Assembly: GCA_036012755.1 (NCBI GenBank)
Contig: DASCPX010000179.1
Span: 96,001-160,000 of the forward strand
Origin: Myxococcota bacterium
Lineage (GTDB): Bacteria > Myxococcota_A > UBA796 > CAJQPC01
Length of the DNA stretch: 64,000 bases
Reading direction: 5' to 3'
A program made the translations under genes and the position numbers. A model generated the notes under the pieces. It was not told the origin of the DNA. It searched no databases and was given only the letters and a program-made list of their open reading frames with translations. Of the stretch, positions 34,888-45,244 are shown one piece after another (position 1 is the stretch's first letter; each line of letters starts with the position of its first letter).

Positions 34888-36810
34888 ATGCTCCTCCTGG
34901 TCCTCGCCTGCACCAAGTCCAACATCAGCGACAGTGGGCAGATCGCAGAGGACCTCGACCGCGACGACGACGGCTGGCAGAACGAGGACGACTGCCAGCC
35001 AGACGACAGCACGATCCACCCGGCCGCCGAGGAGACCTGCGACGGTCTGGACAACGACTGCGACGAGGTGATCGACGAGGACGTACAGAACACCTTCTAC
35101 GCGGACACCGACGACGACGGCTACGGCGACCCCGACGCCCCGCTCGAGGCCTGCGGACGCCCGGCCGGCTACGCGCTCACCGGCAACGACTGCGACGACT
35201 CCAGCGCGGACATCTACCCGGGCGCTGCCGAGATCTGCAACGACCTCGACGACGACTGCGACGAGGAGATCGACGAGGACGTGAAGACGACCTGGTGGGC
35301 CGACGTGGACACCGACGGCTTCGGCGATCCGGAGACCGAGACCGAGGCCTGCGAGGCCCCCGACGGCCACGTGTCGATCGCCGACGACTGTGACGACACC
35401 GACGCCACCTCCTTCCCGGGCGGGACAGAGGTCTGCGACGAGGCCGACAACGACTGCGACGGCACCGTCGACGAGGACGTGACGACCACCTACTGGGCGG
35501 ACGCGGACACCGACGGCTACGGCGACAGCGACCTGCCGACCGAAGCATGCAGCCTGCCCACCGGCTACGCGGAGATCGACGGGGACTGTGACGACGCGGC
35601 GGAAGACGTCTACCCGGGCGCCACCGAGACCAAGGCAGACGGCATCGACCAGGACTGTGACGACGGTGACCTCTGCTACCGCGACGGTGACAAGGACGGC
35701 TACGGCGGCAGCTCGGACGCGGCGAGCACAGACCTCGACTGCGCGGACAAGGGCGAAGCCGAGAGCGACACAGACTGCGATGACGGCGACGACTCGGTGT
35801 ACCCGGGCGCCGACGAGTACTGCAACGACACGGATGACGACTGCGACACGGACATCGACGAGGACGCCGTCGACGCCGACACCTGGTACCTCGACGACGA
35901 CAAGGACGGCTTCGGAGACGCCACCAGCACCACAGAGGACTGCGACGAGCCCTCCGGCTACACCGACGACGACACAGACTGTGACGACACGGACGGCGAC
36001 ATCTACCCGGGGGCCGACGAGTACTGCAACGACGAGGACGACGACTGCGACGGCGACATAGACAACGACGCCCTGGACGTCGACACCTGGTACCTCGACG
36101 ACGACGGAGACGGCTACGGGGACGCCACCACCACGACAGAGGACTGCGACGAGCCCTCCGGCTACACCGACGACGACACAGACTGTGACGACACGGACTA
36201 CGACATCAATCCCGGGGCCTCCGAGACCTGCAACGGAGAGGACGACGACTGCGACACAGACATCGACGAGGGGGTGCTCGGGACCGGCACGGACTGCCCG
36301 GCAGAGGACTGCAGCGAGGTGCTGTCCGACAACGCCTCCGCCACAGACGGCGACTACGAGCTCGACGCCGGCACCTACACCTGTGACATGACCACCGACG
36401 GAGGCGGCTGGACGCTGGTGGGCGACGACGTCTCGGTCTACGGCACGGGCTACGACACGACCTACTACAACAGCGAAGGCTTCACCTGGATCGAGGTGCT
36501 CTTCGAGTACGACTCTGGCAGCGCGCACGCCCACTGCACCTACCCATCGTCGCTCACAGGCTGCAACAACCTTGGCTTCCAGTTCGCCTCCGAGTCCTGG
36601 GGCGTCCCGCTGAACTGGGGAAGCAGCATCTGTGGCATGTCGACCACGGACTACACGGGCAACACGAACTACATCGGCGGCTACGACTTCGTCATCGACC
36701 GCAGCAGCTCGACCGACACGGTCCGCCTCGGCACGCTGGAGGGCATCAGCAGCTGCACGACAGGTGACAACCCCGGCACGGCCTACACCGACATCTGGGT
36801 GCGCCAGTGA
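34888..36810 (+). CDS. Lipoprotein with putative metal-binding (MopE-like) repeats and a fibrinogen-like C-terminal module
   Basis: MLLLVLAC; repeated DCDD…YPGA.E.C…D.DCD; CDMTTDGGGWTLV. Confidence 0.88.
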   Translation: MLLLVLACTKSNISDSGQIAEDLDRDDDGWQNEDDCQPDDSTIHPAAEETCDGLDNDCDEVIDEDVQNTFYADTDDDGYGDPDAPLEACGRPAGYALTGNDCDDSSADIYPGAAEICNDLDDDCDEEIDEDVKTTWWADVDTDGFGDPETETEACEAPDGHVSIADDCDDTDATSFPGGTEVCDEADNDCDGTVDEDVTTTYWADADTDGYGDSDLPTEACSLPTGYAEIDGDCDDAAEDVYPGATETKADGIDQDCDDGDLCYRDGDKDGYGGSSDAASTDLDCADKGEAESDTDCDDGDDSVYPGADEYCNDTDDDCDTDIDEDAVDADTWYLDDDKDGFGDATSTTEDCDEPSGYTDDDTDCDDTDGDIYPGADEYCNDEDDDCDGDIDNDALDVDTWYLDDDGDGYGDATTTTEDCDEPSGYTDDDTDCDDTDYDINPGASETCNGEDDDCDTDIDEGVLGTGTDCPAEDCSEVLSDNASATDGDYELDAGTYTCDMTTDGGGWTLVGDDVSVYGTGYDTTYYNSEGFTWIEVLFEYDSGSAHAHCTYPSSLTGCNNLGFQFASESWGVPLNWGSSICGMSTTDYTGNTNYIGGYDFVIDRSSSTDTVRLGTLEGISSCTTGDNPGTAYTDIWVRQ

Positions 36811-38387
36811 TCATCGGACTCGCGCTGGCCTGCATGGGCGAGATCCGGACCGCCGAGTTGGCCCCGGAGGGCTGGGTCTGCGTCGACAAGGACCAGGACG
36901 GGTTCTGCATCGAAGACGACTGCGACGACGGCAACTTCGAGATCTACCCCGGCGCCCTCGAGCTCTGTGACGGCTTCGACGGTGACTGCGACGGAGAGAT
37001 CGACGAGGGGGTCGAGCTGCGGGCATACCGCGACGCCGACGGTGACGGCATCGGAGCCGAAGCCCAGCGCATCGAAGCCTGCATCATCCCCGACGGCTAC
37101 GCGCCCACCGGCGGTGACTGCGACGACTCCAACCCCTACGCCTACCCGGGCGCCGTCGAGCACTGCGAGGGCACGGACGAAGACTGTGATGGTGAGATCG
37201 ACGAGGGGCTGGAGCAGACCTTCTTCCTCGACGCGGACCAGGACGGCTACGGCACGGACGAGGTCGCGATCGTCGCCTGCTGGGCGCCCGAGTTCTTCAT
37301 CGACAACGGTCTGGACTGCGATGACTCCGACGCCGCCATCTACCCCGGAGCGCTCGAGGTCTGCGACGAGGCAGACAACGACTGTGACACGGAGATCGAC
37401 GAGCACGTCGTGCCCACCTGGTACCACGACGCCGACGGTGACGGGCATGGGGACCGCGAGACCGCCCTGGAGGTCTGCGACGCCCCAGAGGGCTACGTCG
37501 CCGAAGAGGACGACTGCGACGACACCGACCCCGAGGCGAACCCCTCGATGCCAGAGCTGTGCAACGGCAAGGACGACGACTGCGACGGCAGCCGCGACGA
37601 GCCATCGGCCATCGACGCCCCCACCTGGTACCAGGACAGCGACCGCGACGGCTTCGGAGACTCCACGGTGAGCAAGACCCTCTGTCACGACATCGACGGC
37701 TGGGTCGAGGACGCCACGGACTGCGACGACACCCTCGCGGCCGTGAACCCGGACAGCGACGAGGTCTGCAACGGGCGGGACGACGACTGCGACGGGGTCG
37801 TCGATCCGGACTACTTCAGCTCGACCTTCACCGCGCCGACGAAGCTGAACCTCAACGGCGACGCGCTCCAGGTGTGGGACGGCAGCGACGGCTTCATCGA
37901 GCTCACGACCACGAACAGCTGGGAGGCCGGCTCGGCCATCTTCGGGACCGCCGTCCCGGGCAGCAAGTGGCGCATCCAGTTCGACGCGGCGCTGGGCGAG
38001 GGCACCGGCGGCGAGGGCATGGCGCTGGTGCTGCTGAACGAGTCGAACCCCAACGTGGTGGGAGACCCGGGTGACTCGCTGGGGGCGGCGCCGCTCGATG
38101 GCTGGGCCATCACCCTGGACACGCAGGACACGGAGCACCTCGGCATCGCCGAGTGCAGCACGCTGAAGGAGCAGGAGACGGTCCCCTGGGACCTCCATGA
38201 CGAGGGCTGGATCACGGTCGAGGTCGAGTACGACCGCGGCAACCTCGACATCTGGCTGGACGGCACGCTGGCGACCTCGACGACGCTCTCGCCGATGCCG
38301 GCGGCGATCCTGGTCGGCTGGACCGCCGGGACCAGCACCATCACCGACGTGCACGAGCTCGACGACGTGACGATCGGCTGCCCGTGA
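36807..38387 (+). CDS. Lipoprotein with MopE-like repeats and an L-type lectin-like C-terminal domain
   Basis: MIIGLALAC; DCDD repeats; LNGDA…AGSA…GGEGMALV…VGWTAGT; GTGA-coupled. Confidence 0.85.
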   Translation: MIIGLALACMGEIRTAELAPEGWVCVDKDQDGFCIEDDCDDGNFEIYPGALELCDGFDGDCDGEIDEGVELRAYRDADGDGIGAEAQRIEACIIPDGYAPTGGDCDDSNPYAYPGAVEHCEGTDEDCDGEIDEGLEQTFFLDADQDGYGTDEVAIVACWAPEFFIDNGLDCDDSDAAIYPGALEVCDEADNDCDTEIDEHVVPTWYHDADGDGHGDRETALEVCDAPEGYVAEEDDCDDTDPEANPSMPELCNGKDDDCDGSRDEPSAIDAPTWYQDSDRDGFGDSTVSKTLCHDIDGWVEDATDCDDTLAAVNPDSDEVCNGRDDDCDGVVDPDYFSSTFTAPTKLNLNGDALQVWDGSDGFIELTTTNSWEAGSAIFGTAVPGSKWRIQFDAALGEGTGGEGMALVLLNESNPNVVGDPGDSLGAAPLDGWAITLDTQDTEHLGIAECSTLKEQETVPWDLHDEGWITVEVEYDRGNLDIWLDGTLATSTTLSPMPAAILVGWTAGTSTITDVHELDDVTIGCP

Positions 38388-38815
38388 TCACCTGCACCCG
38401 CCGCCTGGCCTGGGACGCGATGCACCGGATCCCCCGCCACGAGAGCAAGTGCGCGGCCTTCCATGGCCACCGCTACACGGCAGACATCACCTGTGTCGCG
38501 CCGGAGCTCGACGACCGCGGCAGGGTCGTGGACTTCGGCGTCGTGAAGGAGCGGGTCGGTGGCTGGATCGATCGCTGGTGGGACCACACGGCCATCCTGA
38601 TGCGCGGGGACGCCGACCCTGCGATACAGATGCTCGCCGCCAGCAACGAAGCCCACGGCCGACCGGTCTACTGGACCGACGAGCCGCCGACCGCCGAGGT
38701 GCTCGCCGCCGAGCTGGCGAGGGTCGCCGGGGAGCTCCTCGCCGACACCGGCGTCGAGGTCGTCGCCGTGCGCGTCTGGGAGACCCCCAACGGATGGGCT
38801 GAGTGGTCGCGCTGA
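38384..38815 (+). CDS. queD: 6-carboxytetrahydropterin synthase (6-PTPS family)
   Basis: HR…C..FHGHRY, DFG, DH, PTAE and VWETP motifs. Confidence 0.88.
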   Translation: MITCTRRLAWDAMHRIPRHESKCAAFHGHRYTADITCVAPELDDRGRVVDFGVVKERVGGWIDRWWDHTAILMRGDADPAIQMLAASNEAHGRPVYWTDEPPTAEVLAAELARVAGELLADTGVEVVAVRVWETPNGWAEWSR

Positions 38816-39978
38816 TCCTGTGGGGCTGTACCTCCCCTGACGACACCGGCTCGCGCGACCCCATCACCGTGGAGTTGCTGACCGAGCGCACCCAGGCGCT
38901 GGTCGACCTCGGCCCGCGGGTGGTGGGGACCTCGAGCGAGGAGGACGCCAGGGCGCTGCTCGATGGCTGGTTCCTCTCGACGGGGCTCCAGGAGGTCGAG
39001 AGCGAGCCCTTCGCCTGGGATGCCTGGCAGCGTGGAGCTTCCAGCCTGAACCAGGGCGGCGTGGAGTACGCCACCTGGGCCTGGAGCCCCTCGCCGAGCG
39101 GCACGGTGAGCGGCGTGCTCGAGAGCGTGGAGGGGGACGTCGGCGGCAAGATCGCCCTGTCGCGCTCTGGCTCGATGATGCGGACAGAGGCCTTCGTCTC
39201 GGCGCTCACGGGCGGCGCGGTGGGGCTGGTGCACGTGAGCGAGGCGATCGACGCCGACGGCACGGACCTGGTCGAGGTCGGCCACACCCTCGATGGCTCC
39301 TCGCTGCCCGCGGTCGCGCTCGGCAAGCGGGACGGCAACGACCTCGAGCTCGGCGAGGAGATCACGCTGTCGATCGACTCGTCCGTGCTCTACGACCACA
39401 CCTCCTACAACGTCGTGGGCCGGGTCCCCGGGACGGGCTCAGGGCGGGTCTACGTCGTGGCCCACTACGACTCCTGGGATCCCAGCGAGTCGGCCTTCGA
39501 CAACGCCATGGGCGCGGCGGCGCTGTCCCTGCTCGCCGAGCGCATGGCCCAGGAGCAGCCGCGGCGCGAGGTCGTCTTCATCGCCACCAGCGGCGAGGAG
39601 CAGGGCCTCCAGGGGGCCCAGGCCTATGTGGAGGACCACCTCGACGAGGTCCTCGCGGGGACCTCGGTCATGACGCTGGACGTGCTCTGGTCGGCCAGCG
39701 GGGACTACTACGTCGCGGCCACTCGGGAAGAGGACCGGGTCGTCGGCATGGAGGCCGCCCTCGATGAGGGGCTGCCCGCGCGTGACTCGGGCAACCCCTC
39801 GCCGGCCAGCGACCACTTCGCCTTCGAGTCGAGGGGCCTGGACAGCTTCTGGGCGACCCGCCAGCCGGACATCCACTACCACACGACCCACGACCGGCTC
39901 GAGTACCTCGACATGGACGACGCGACCGCGGCTCTTCGCACCCAGTGGGTGGTCTTGCAGGAACTTGCGGACCTCTGA
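38803..39978 (+). CDS. M28 family peptidase lipoprotein with PA domain
   Basis: VVAHYDS, AFDNAMG, GEEQGL, SDH and YHT motifs; MVALILWGC. Confidence 0.88.
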   Translation: MVALILWGCTSPDDTGSRDPITVELLTERTQALVDLGPRVVGTSSEEDARALLDGWFLSTGLQEVESEPFAWDAWQRGASSLNQGGVEYATWAWSPSPSGTVSGVLESVEGDVGGKIALSRSGSMMRTEAFVSALTGGAVGLVHVSEAIDADGTDLVEVGHTLDGSSLPAVALGKRDGNDLELGEEITLSIDSSVLYDHTSYNVVGRVPGTGSGRVYVVAHYDSWDPSESAFDNAMGAAALSLLAERMAQEQPRREVVFIATSGEEQGLQGAQAYVEDHLDEVLAGTSVMTLDVLWSASGDYYVAATREEDRVVGMEAALDEGLPARDSGNPSPASDHFAFESRGLDSFWATRQPDIHYHTTHDRLEYLDMDDATAALRTQWVVLQELADL

Positions 39979-40006
39979 CCCACGGCGCCTCCTGGCCCCT
40001 GCCGCC

Positions 40007-41692
40007 ATGCTGCTGCTCGGGGCCCTGCTCCCGATGGCGCGGGTGCTCCCCCGTTTCGCCAGCTCGCTGCCGGGAGATGCTCGCGGAGACATCTACAAGC
40101 ACGTCTGGTCCTACTGGCACGCCACCGTCTCCCCCGGGCTCTGGACCGACTACCTGAACGCCCCGGACGGCGGCATCCTGCTGGATGTGATGTGGGTGCC
40201 GGCGCTGGCGATGGCGCCGCTGACCTTGCTCGCGGGGCCGGTCGTGGCCAGCAACACCTGGGTCGTCTTGTCCCTCTTCGCCGTGGGGGCCGCGACGGCG
40301 GGGCTGGCCTGGGAGCTGACCGGTGCTCGCTGGCCCGCCGTGGCCGCGGGGCTCTGCGCGCAGAGCTCTCCATTCCTCCTCGGCTACCCGATGGAGAGCG
40401 GCGTGCAGGAACGCCTCGCGGTCTGGGTCTTTCCGCTGGTGCTCCTGGCCCTGCTGCGAGCAGGCCGCAGGGGCTCGATCGGCTGGGCCATCGCCGGCGT
40501 GCTGGGGCTGGCTGTGGCGAGCCTGGGATGCCAGTCCTACGCGGTCTTCGCCGTGATCATGGGTGTCATGACGGCTCCGTTGTTTCTCTGGAGAGAGGAG
40601 CGCCGACACCCCTGGGTGCTGTTGGGCTGCCTCGCTGGCATGGCGTTCTGCCTCCTCGGCGTGTGGGCGCTGGCCCACCACGCAGCCCTCGACCCTGACT
40701 CGCTGTCGCTGCTGCCGGGACGCACGGAGATGACGACCGGGGTGGGAGCCCACCTTCGAATCGAGCCAGCGACACTGCACGGGCTCCTGGATCCCCGCGC
40801 GGCCGCTCGGCCCCTGGCGCTCCGGGAGAGTGACCTGCTGGTGCAGACCTCGTACCTCGGCTGGGCGCCGCTGGTGTTGGGGCTGGCTGGCGTCGCCGTG
40901 GCCCGCGCGAGGCGATGGGTGGGGATCGTCGTCGCCGCTGGCCTGGTCTCGGCGTGGATGGCGCTGGGCCACCCGGCGCACGCGGGCCACCTGCTGCTGG
41001 TCAACTACCTCTACCAGGCGGGCGCCGCCCTGATCCCGACCTACGGGCACATCCCGGCGCTGTGGCAGCAGACCGCCGTCTTCGGCCCGCTGGCCGCGGT
41101 CGGATTCGCGGCGCTGCTGGCGCGCATCGGGGGCCGGCGGAGCCTGGTGGTCGGGGTCGTGGGTCTCGCCGCGGTGCTGGCGGAGCGCCACTCGGTGGTC
41201 GACGAGCCCATCGTGGCGAGGGCGTTCGAGGTGCCCGAGCTGTCCATCTACGACGAGATCGGATGGGACGGCTCGCTGGTCGAGCTTCCCCGCTCCTGGA
41301 GGCACAGCTCCCTGGTGGATCCGCTGATCTTCTACGCCCAGACCCGCCACGAGGCGCCCTTGGCCGTCGCGATCAACGCCGGCTCGACCGGCCTCGATCG
41401 CTACCGGCCGGTGCTGGACGCCAAGGCCGAGAGCTGGCCGGTGGCGCTGGACTGCATGAGCCGCGGGGGAATCCGCTGGGTGGTGCTGCGGGGCGACGCC
41501 GTCTTCGACGAGGACTACCCGGTCTTGCGCGAGGAGCTGATCGAGGCCGCTGGTCCCCCGGTCGCGGAGGACGGTCGGACCCTCCTCTTCGACCTCGGCC
41601 CGGCGGAGGCCACACAGGGAGGGGTGCCGCTGGTCGTCGGAGGCGGGCCGAGCGGGGCCAGGCGGCGGCTCGGGGGCTGCCCCTACAACTGA
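40007..41692 (+). CDS. Polytopic membrane protein, YfhO/GT-C-like
   Basis: GDARGD first loop, LNAPDGG, YLGW, LVELP…YAQTRH; same layout as 6339-7931; alternative TTG start at 39965. Confidence 0.6.
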   Translation: MLLLGALLPMARVLPRFASSLPGDARGDIYKHVWSYWHATVSPGLWTDYLNAPDGGILLDVMWVPALAMAPLTLLAGPVVASNTWVVLSLFAVGAATAGLAWELTGARWPAVAAGLCAQSSPFLLGYPMESGVQERLAVWVFPLVLLALLRAGRRGSIGWAIAGVLGLAVASLGCQSYAVFAVIMGVMTAPLFLWREERRHPWVLLGCLAGMAFCLLGVWALAHHAALDPDSLSLLPGRTEMTTGVGAHLRIEPATLHGLLDPRAAARPLALRESDLLVQTSYLGWAPLVLGLAGVAVARARRWVGIVVAAGLVSAWMALGHPAHAGHLLLVNYLYQAGAALIPTYGHIPALWQQTAVFGPLAAVGFAALLARIGGRRSLVVGVVGLAAVLAERHSVVDEPIVARAFEVPELSIYDEIGWDGSLVELPRSWRHSSLVDPLIFYAQTRHEAPLAVAINAGSTGLDRYRPVLDAKAESWPVALDCMSRGGIRWVVLRGDAVFDEDYPVLREELIEAAGPPVAEDGRTLLFDLGPAEATQGGVPLVVGGGPSGARRRLGGCPYN

Positions 41693-43056
41693 GGCAGGGG
41701 CTGCAGCAGCACCATCGAGTCACCCTCTGTGGACCAGGAGCTGATCGAGATCTCCCCTCCGGGTCTGTCGTCCAGATCGCCGAAGCCGAGGGCTCGACCC
41801 AGGGCCTGGCCGTAGGAGGTGCCGGCACGCTCCCAGTCTGGCTCCACCAGCTGGCCGGTGAGCGGTCCGTACCAGAGCCGCAGGTGGCCGGCGGTGGCCT
41901 CGCCGCCCTCCGAGGGGGCCTCTGTGTTGCCGATGACCACGTCGTGAAGCCCGTCGCCGTCGATGTCCTCGACAAGGACGTGCTGTCCCTGGGTGTGGAG
42001 CAGCTCGATCTCCGAGGCCACGAAGCTGGCGAGGGCCCGATCCGGCATGTTGCCGGCTTCGGGCGGGCCAGGGATCAGCCAGGTGGTGGCTGGGGTCGCG
42101 GATGCCTCGAACTCGGGACCCACCGTGACCAGGAGGTCGTCGAAGCCGTCTCCGTCGACATCCCCGGCCTCTACCCCGCGGGTGAAGTCCGGCTCGTCAC
42201 GCTCGGCGTCGATGGTCAGCCCGTCCATCGAGGTCAGGACACCCTGGATCGGGCCGGAGTAGACCAGGAGCGCGCCGTCGTCGCCCTGGTTCGCGGCGCA
42301 GACCGCGAGGTCGTCGATGCCGTCGCCGTCGAGGTCACCCGCAGCCAGAGCCCAGCCGAGCTCTCCGCGATCGAAGGAGCCCTCGATCCCGTCGAGGGTG
42401 TCGAGGTCGTAGTCCTCTTCAATGGGGGCCCCCAAGAGCACGACGACGCCGGCGCCGAAGCGGTCTTCTACGAATGCGTAGGGCGCCCCTGCTGCGACCT
42501 CCGGCAGGCCATCGTCATCGAAGTCCCCCACGGCGAGCTCCTGCCCGAGGTGGTCTCCGATGCCGCGGCCCAGGGCCCGCCCGGTCGAGTGGCCATCGAG
42601 GCTGCCGTCGATGAGGGGGGCGACCCCCATGAAGAGCACCGCGCCCTGGTCACGAGTCGTCGCGGTCTGGCCCTGGGCTGCGACGACCAGCTCGAGCGTG
42701 CCGTCTTGTTCGAGGTCGACGGTGGCGAGGGAGGAGCCGAGGGAGGAGGCCTCCTCGCTGCCGACGAGCAGACCATCGAGCTCGCTGTGCTCGCCGGCCT
42801 CGAGGGGTCCCGACATGAGCGCGACCGCCCCCTCGTTGCCGACCCGGTGGTAGCCGGGCATGCCTCCGACGAGGTCGTCGTGACCGTCCCCGTCGAGGTC
42901 CTCGACGAGGAGGGTGTGGACCTGGCCGGGCAGCACCACGCGGGTCGACAGAGCGTCGAGGGCGTCGATCTCCGGGAGGGCGGGTCCGCTGGAGTCCCCG
43001 AGCACCTCGCTGTCCGAGACCGTCTCGGTGGCGCAGGCGAGGAGCAGCGGAATCAT
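41683..43056 (-). CDS. FG-GAP (integrin alpha-like) repeat lipoprotein
   Basis: MIPLLLAC; about seven GD.DGDG.DDL-type repeats; AAGGAG SD. Confidence 0.88.
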   Translation of the reverse strand: MIPLLLACATETVSDSEVLGDSSGPALPEIDALDALSTRVVLPGQVHTLLVEDLDGDGHDDLVGGMPGYHRVGNEGAVALMSGPLEAGEHSELDGLLVGSEEASSLGSSLATVDLEQDGTLELVVAAQGQTATTRDQGAVLFMGVAPLIDGSLDGHSTGRALGRGIGDHLGQELAVGDFDDDGLPEVAAGAPYAFVEDRFGAGVVVLLGAPIEEDYDLDTLDGIEGSFDRGELGWALAAGDLDGDGIDDLAVCAANQGDDGALLVYSGPIQGVLTSMDGLTIDAERDEPDFTRGVEAGDVDGDGFDDLLVTVGPEFEASATPATTWLIPGPPEAGNMPDRALASFVASEIELLHTQGQHVLVEDIDGDGLHDVVIGNTEAPSEGGEATAGHLRLWYGPLTGQLVEPDWERAGTSYGQALGRALGFGDLDDRPGGEISISSWSTEGDSMVLLQPLPQL

Positions 43057-43130
43057 GCTCCTTTGTATCCGGGGATCAGCGCCCAAGTGAATCGCGGACG
43101 TGCAAAAACCGGGACGCCCCCCTCGACGAC

Positions 43131-44639
43131 TCAGCGACTCGACTGCGAGATCAGCTGCAGAGCTCGCTCCTCGAGCCCGGGGTCCCCGCCGAAGTGCTCC
43201 AGGGCCGTGCGGTCGTCGCGACGGAGACCCTCGGCCGTGAGCACGACCTTCGAGTAGCCGTAGGGGTCGCGGCCCTCGTCGTAGGTGGCGTAGCGCAGAG
43301 CCCTGTCCCAGTCGCCGGAGAGGGCCGCAGACAAGCCCATGGGCGCAAGGAGCTCGGAGCTCTGGGGACAGCCCCTCGCCAGCGCCTCCTCGCCGAAGCT
43401 CAGGGCCGTCTCCGGATCCCCGCGATCGAGCCAGAAGCGCGAGGCGTTGTAGCAGCAGTGGGGCCGCGGGATGGCCTCTGGCAGGACTTCGGCCGCGCCA
43501 GCGTCGTCGCCGGAGAGCTCGAGGGTCTTGAAGAGACCACAGGCCGTCGCCGCCTGGGGCTCCCTCGCGTGAGCGCTGGTCCAGAAAGCCACGCTGTCCG
43601 TCCACATCGGCTTCACCACCAAGGTGACGAGACCGACCACCGCCAGCACCAACCAGCCGACCCAGGGCCGCCGGGTCTCCCAGTGGCCGATGCCACAACA
43701 GATGCCCAACAGCGGAAGAGCCAGGTACCGCCATGCCAGGCCGTCGCTCAACGAAGCGCCGACTACGGCCAGCGCCAGCCCGCCGATCGTCAGGGCCAGC
43801 GTCCAGGCGCGCGCCCGCGCCAGGAAGACGAGGAGCCCGAGGAACACCAGGCCGATGAGGTCCAGATCGACGAGCTCGCTAGGCGCCGTCGCCGGAGAGC
43901 TCGCCAGCGGGTTCAGCAGCGCCATGCCGTACTCGGCGGCGATGGTCAGCATCAACATCGGCTCCAGACCCAGACCCGGACTGTCCAAGGACACCAGCGC
44001 CCGCAGAAGCAGCGCCGCCAGCGCGCCCACACCCACCTCGAGGTAGCGCCGGGGGCGAAGCCCACCGAAGCGACTCCAGTCGTACAGCGGCAAGACCACC
44101 AGCGCGAGCACCGCGCTCTCCTTGGCCAGCAGCCCAGCGAAGAGCACGGCCGCACCCAGCAAGCGCCGCCGAGCGCCGACCTCGCGCGGCTCGAAGACCA
44201 ACAGCAGCCCGAGGATCGCGGCGATGGCCATGGTGTCGTTGCGCGCGGCGACGAAGTGGACGAGCTCGGTGGCGACCGGATGCAGGGCGTACAGCGCAGT
44301 CGCGGCGAGGGCCGCGGGGCGTCCTCGGAGCAGGCGATGAAGCAGCCCCACGCAGAGCAGGTGCCAGGCGAGGGAGTGCAGCCTGGACAACAGCGGACTG
44401 CCCCCGAGCACGTTGTGATCGAAGACCAGCGTCGCGACCATCAGCGGCCGGTAGAAGAGGCTGGTGTGCTCCCCGGGCACCCCGGCCCACAGGTCCTCGC
44501 CCCACATCGTGAGGATCCTGCTCCAGCCGAGGTTCTCGTTCTCCGCGATGAGGAGGGCGTCGTCCCAGACCCACCCCACCTCGCCCCAGGGCGCGAGCAG
44601 GACAGCGACAGCGACCAGCAGGATCGCCCGCTCCCTCAC
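43131..44639 (-). CDS. TMTC/PMT-like GT-C glycosyltransferase with TPR-like C-terminus
   Basis: VWDD…YRPL…HP..TE.V…R.D…KES motif series; C-terminal helical repeats. Confidence 0.78.
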   Translation of the reverse strand: MRERAILLVAVAVLLAPWGEVGWVWDDALLIAENENLGWSRILTMWGEDLWAGVPGEHTSLFYRPLMVATLVFDHNVLGGSPLLSRLHSLAWHLLCVGLLHRLLRGRPAALAATALYALHPVATELVHFVAARNDTMAIAAILGLLLVFEPREVGARRRLLGAAVLFAGLLAKESAVLALVVLPLYDWSRFGGLRPRRYLEVGVGALAALLLRALVSLDSPGLGLEPMLMLTIAAEYGMALLNPLASSPATAPSELVDLDLIGLVFLGLLVFLARARAWTLALTIGGLALAVVGASLSDGLAWRYLALPLLGICCGIGHWETRRPWVGWLVLAVVGLVTLVVKPMWTDSVAFWTSAHAREPQAATACGLFKTLELSGDDAGAAEVLPEAIPRPHCCYNASRFWLDRGDPETALSFGEEALARGCPQSSELLAPMGLSAALSGDWDRALRYATYDEGRDPYGYSKVVLTAEGLRRDDRTALEHFGGDPGLEERALQLISQSSR

Positions 44640-45220
44640 GCGAACTCCGCCGGGGACTCGAAGCGGAGCGCCTCACCCGTGACGGGGTGCTGGAGTCCCA
44701 GCCTCCATGCGTGGAGGGCAAGCCGCGGCGACAGCCGACCTGCGGCCCCGCCGTGTCGCCGATCCCCCAGCACCGGGTGCCCGGCACCGAGGGCGTGAAG
44801 CCGGATCTGGTGGGTGCGACCGGTCACCAGTCGTGCCTCGATCAGCGAGGTGGTACCTCGCCGAAGTGCCCTCCAGTGAGTCTCCGCCTCGCGGTGGTCG
44901 ATGGGCGCCGTCCACACACCTTCGTCTCCGGGATCGCCGAGCACGAGCACCTGATAGCGTCGGTCCAGCCGGCGAGCCTGGATCTGGTGGGCGAGACCTC
45001 GATTCGCCTTCTTCGACAAGGACAAGACCATCAACCCGCTCGCGCTGACGTCGAGGCGATGGTGGAGCCCCACGTACCGATGGCGCTCTCCGAGGAGCTC
45101 GTAGACACCAGGCCGACCGTCCACTCCCGCCTGGCTGGGAAGCCCCGCAGGCTTGTCGACGACGACCAGATACTGATCCTCGAATCTTATAATTCTAGCA
45201 AGGCTGTCGCCGAATGTCAC
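44636..45220 (-). CDS. RluA family pseudouridine synthase
   Basis: VVDKPAG, HRLD, TGRTHQIR and LHA motifs; start uncertain (GTG 45220). Confidence 0.88.
   Translation of the reverse strand: MTFGDSLARIIRFEDQYLVVVDKPAGLPSQAGVDGRPGVYELLGERHRYVGLHHRLDVSASGLMVLSLSKKANRGLAHQIQARRLDRRYQVLVLGDPGDEGVWTAPIDHREAETHWRALRRGTTSLIEARLVTGRTHQIRLHALGAGHPVLGDRRHGGAAGRLSPRLALHAWRLGLQHPVTGEALRFESPAEFA
45188..45193 (+). promoter_or_regulatory. Perfect TATAAT hexamer upstream of pilT
   Basis: TATAAT in an AT-rich patch about 50 nt before the pilT ATG; no -35 box seen; a second TACGAT lies 8 nt before the ATG. Confidence 0.3.
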
Positions 45221-45244
45221 CAGGAGAGGGTACGATCCCCTGTC

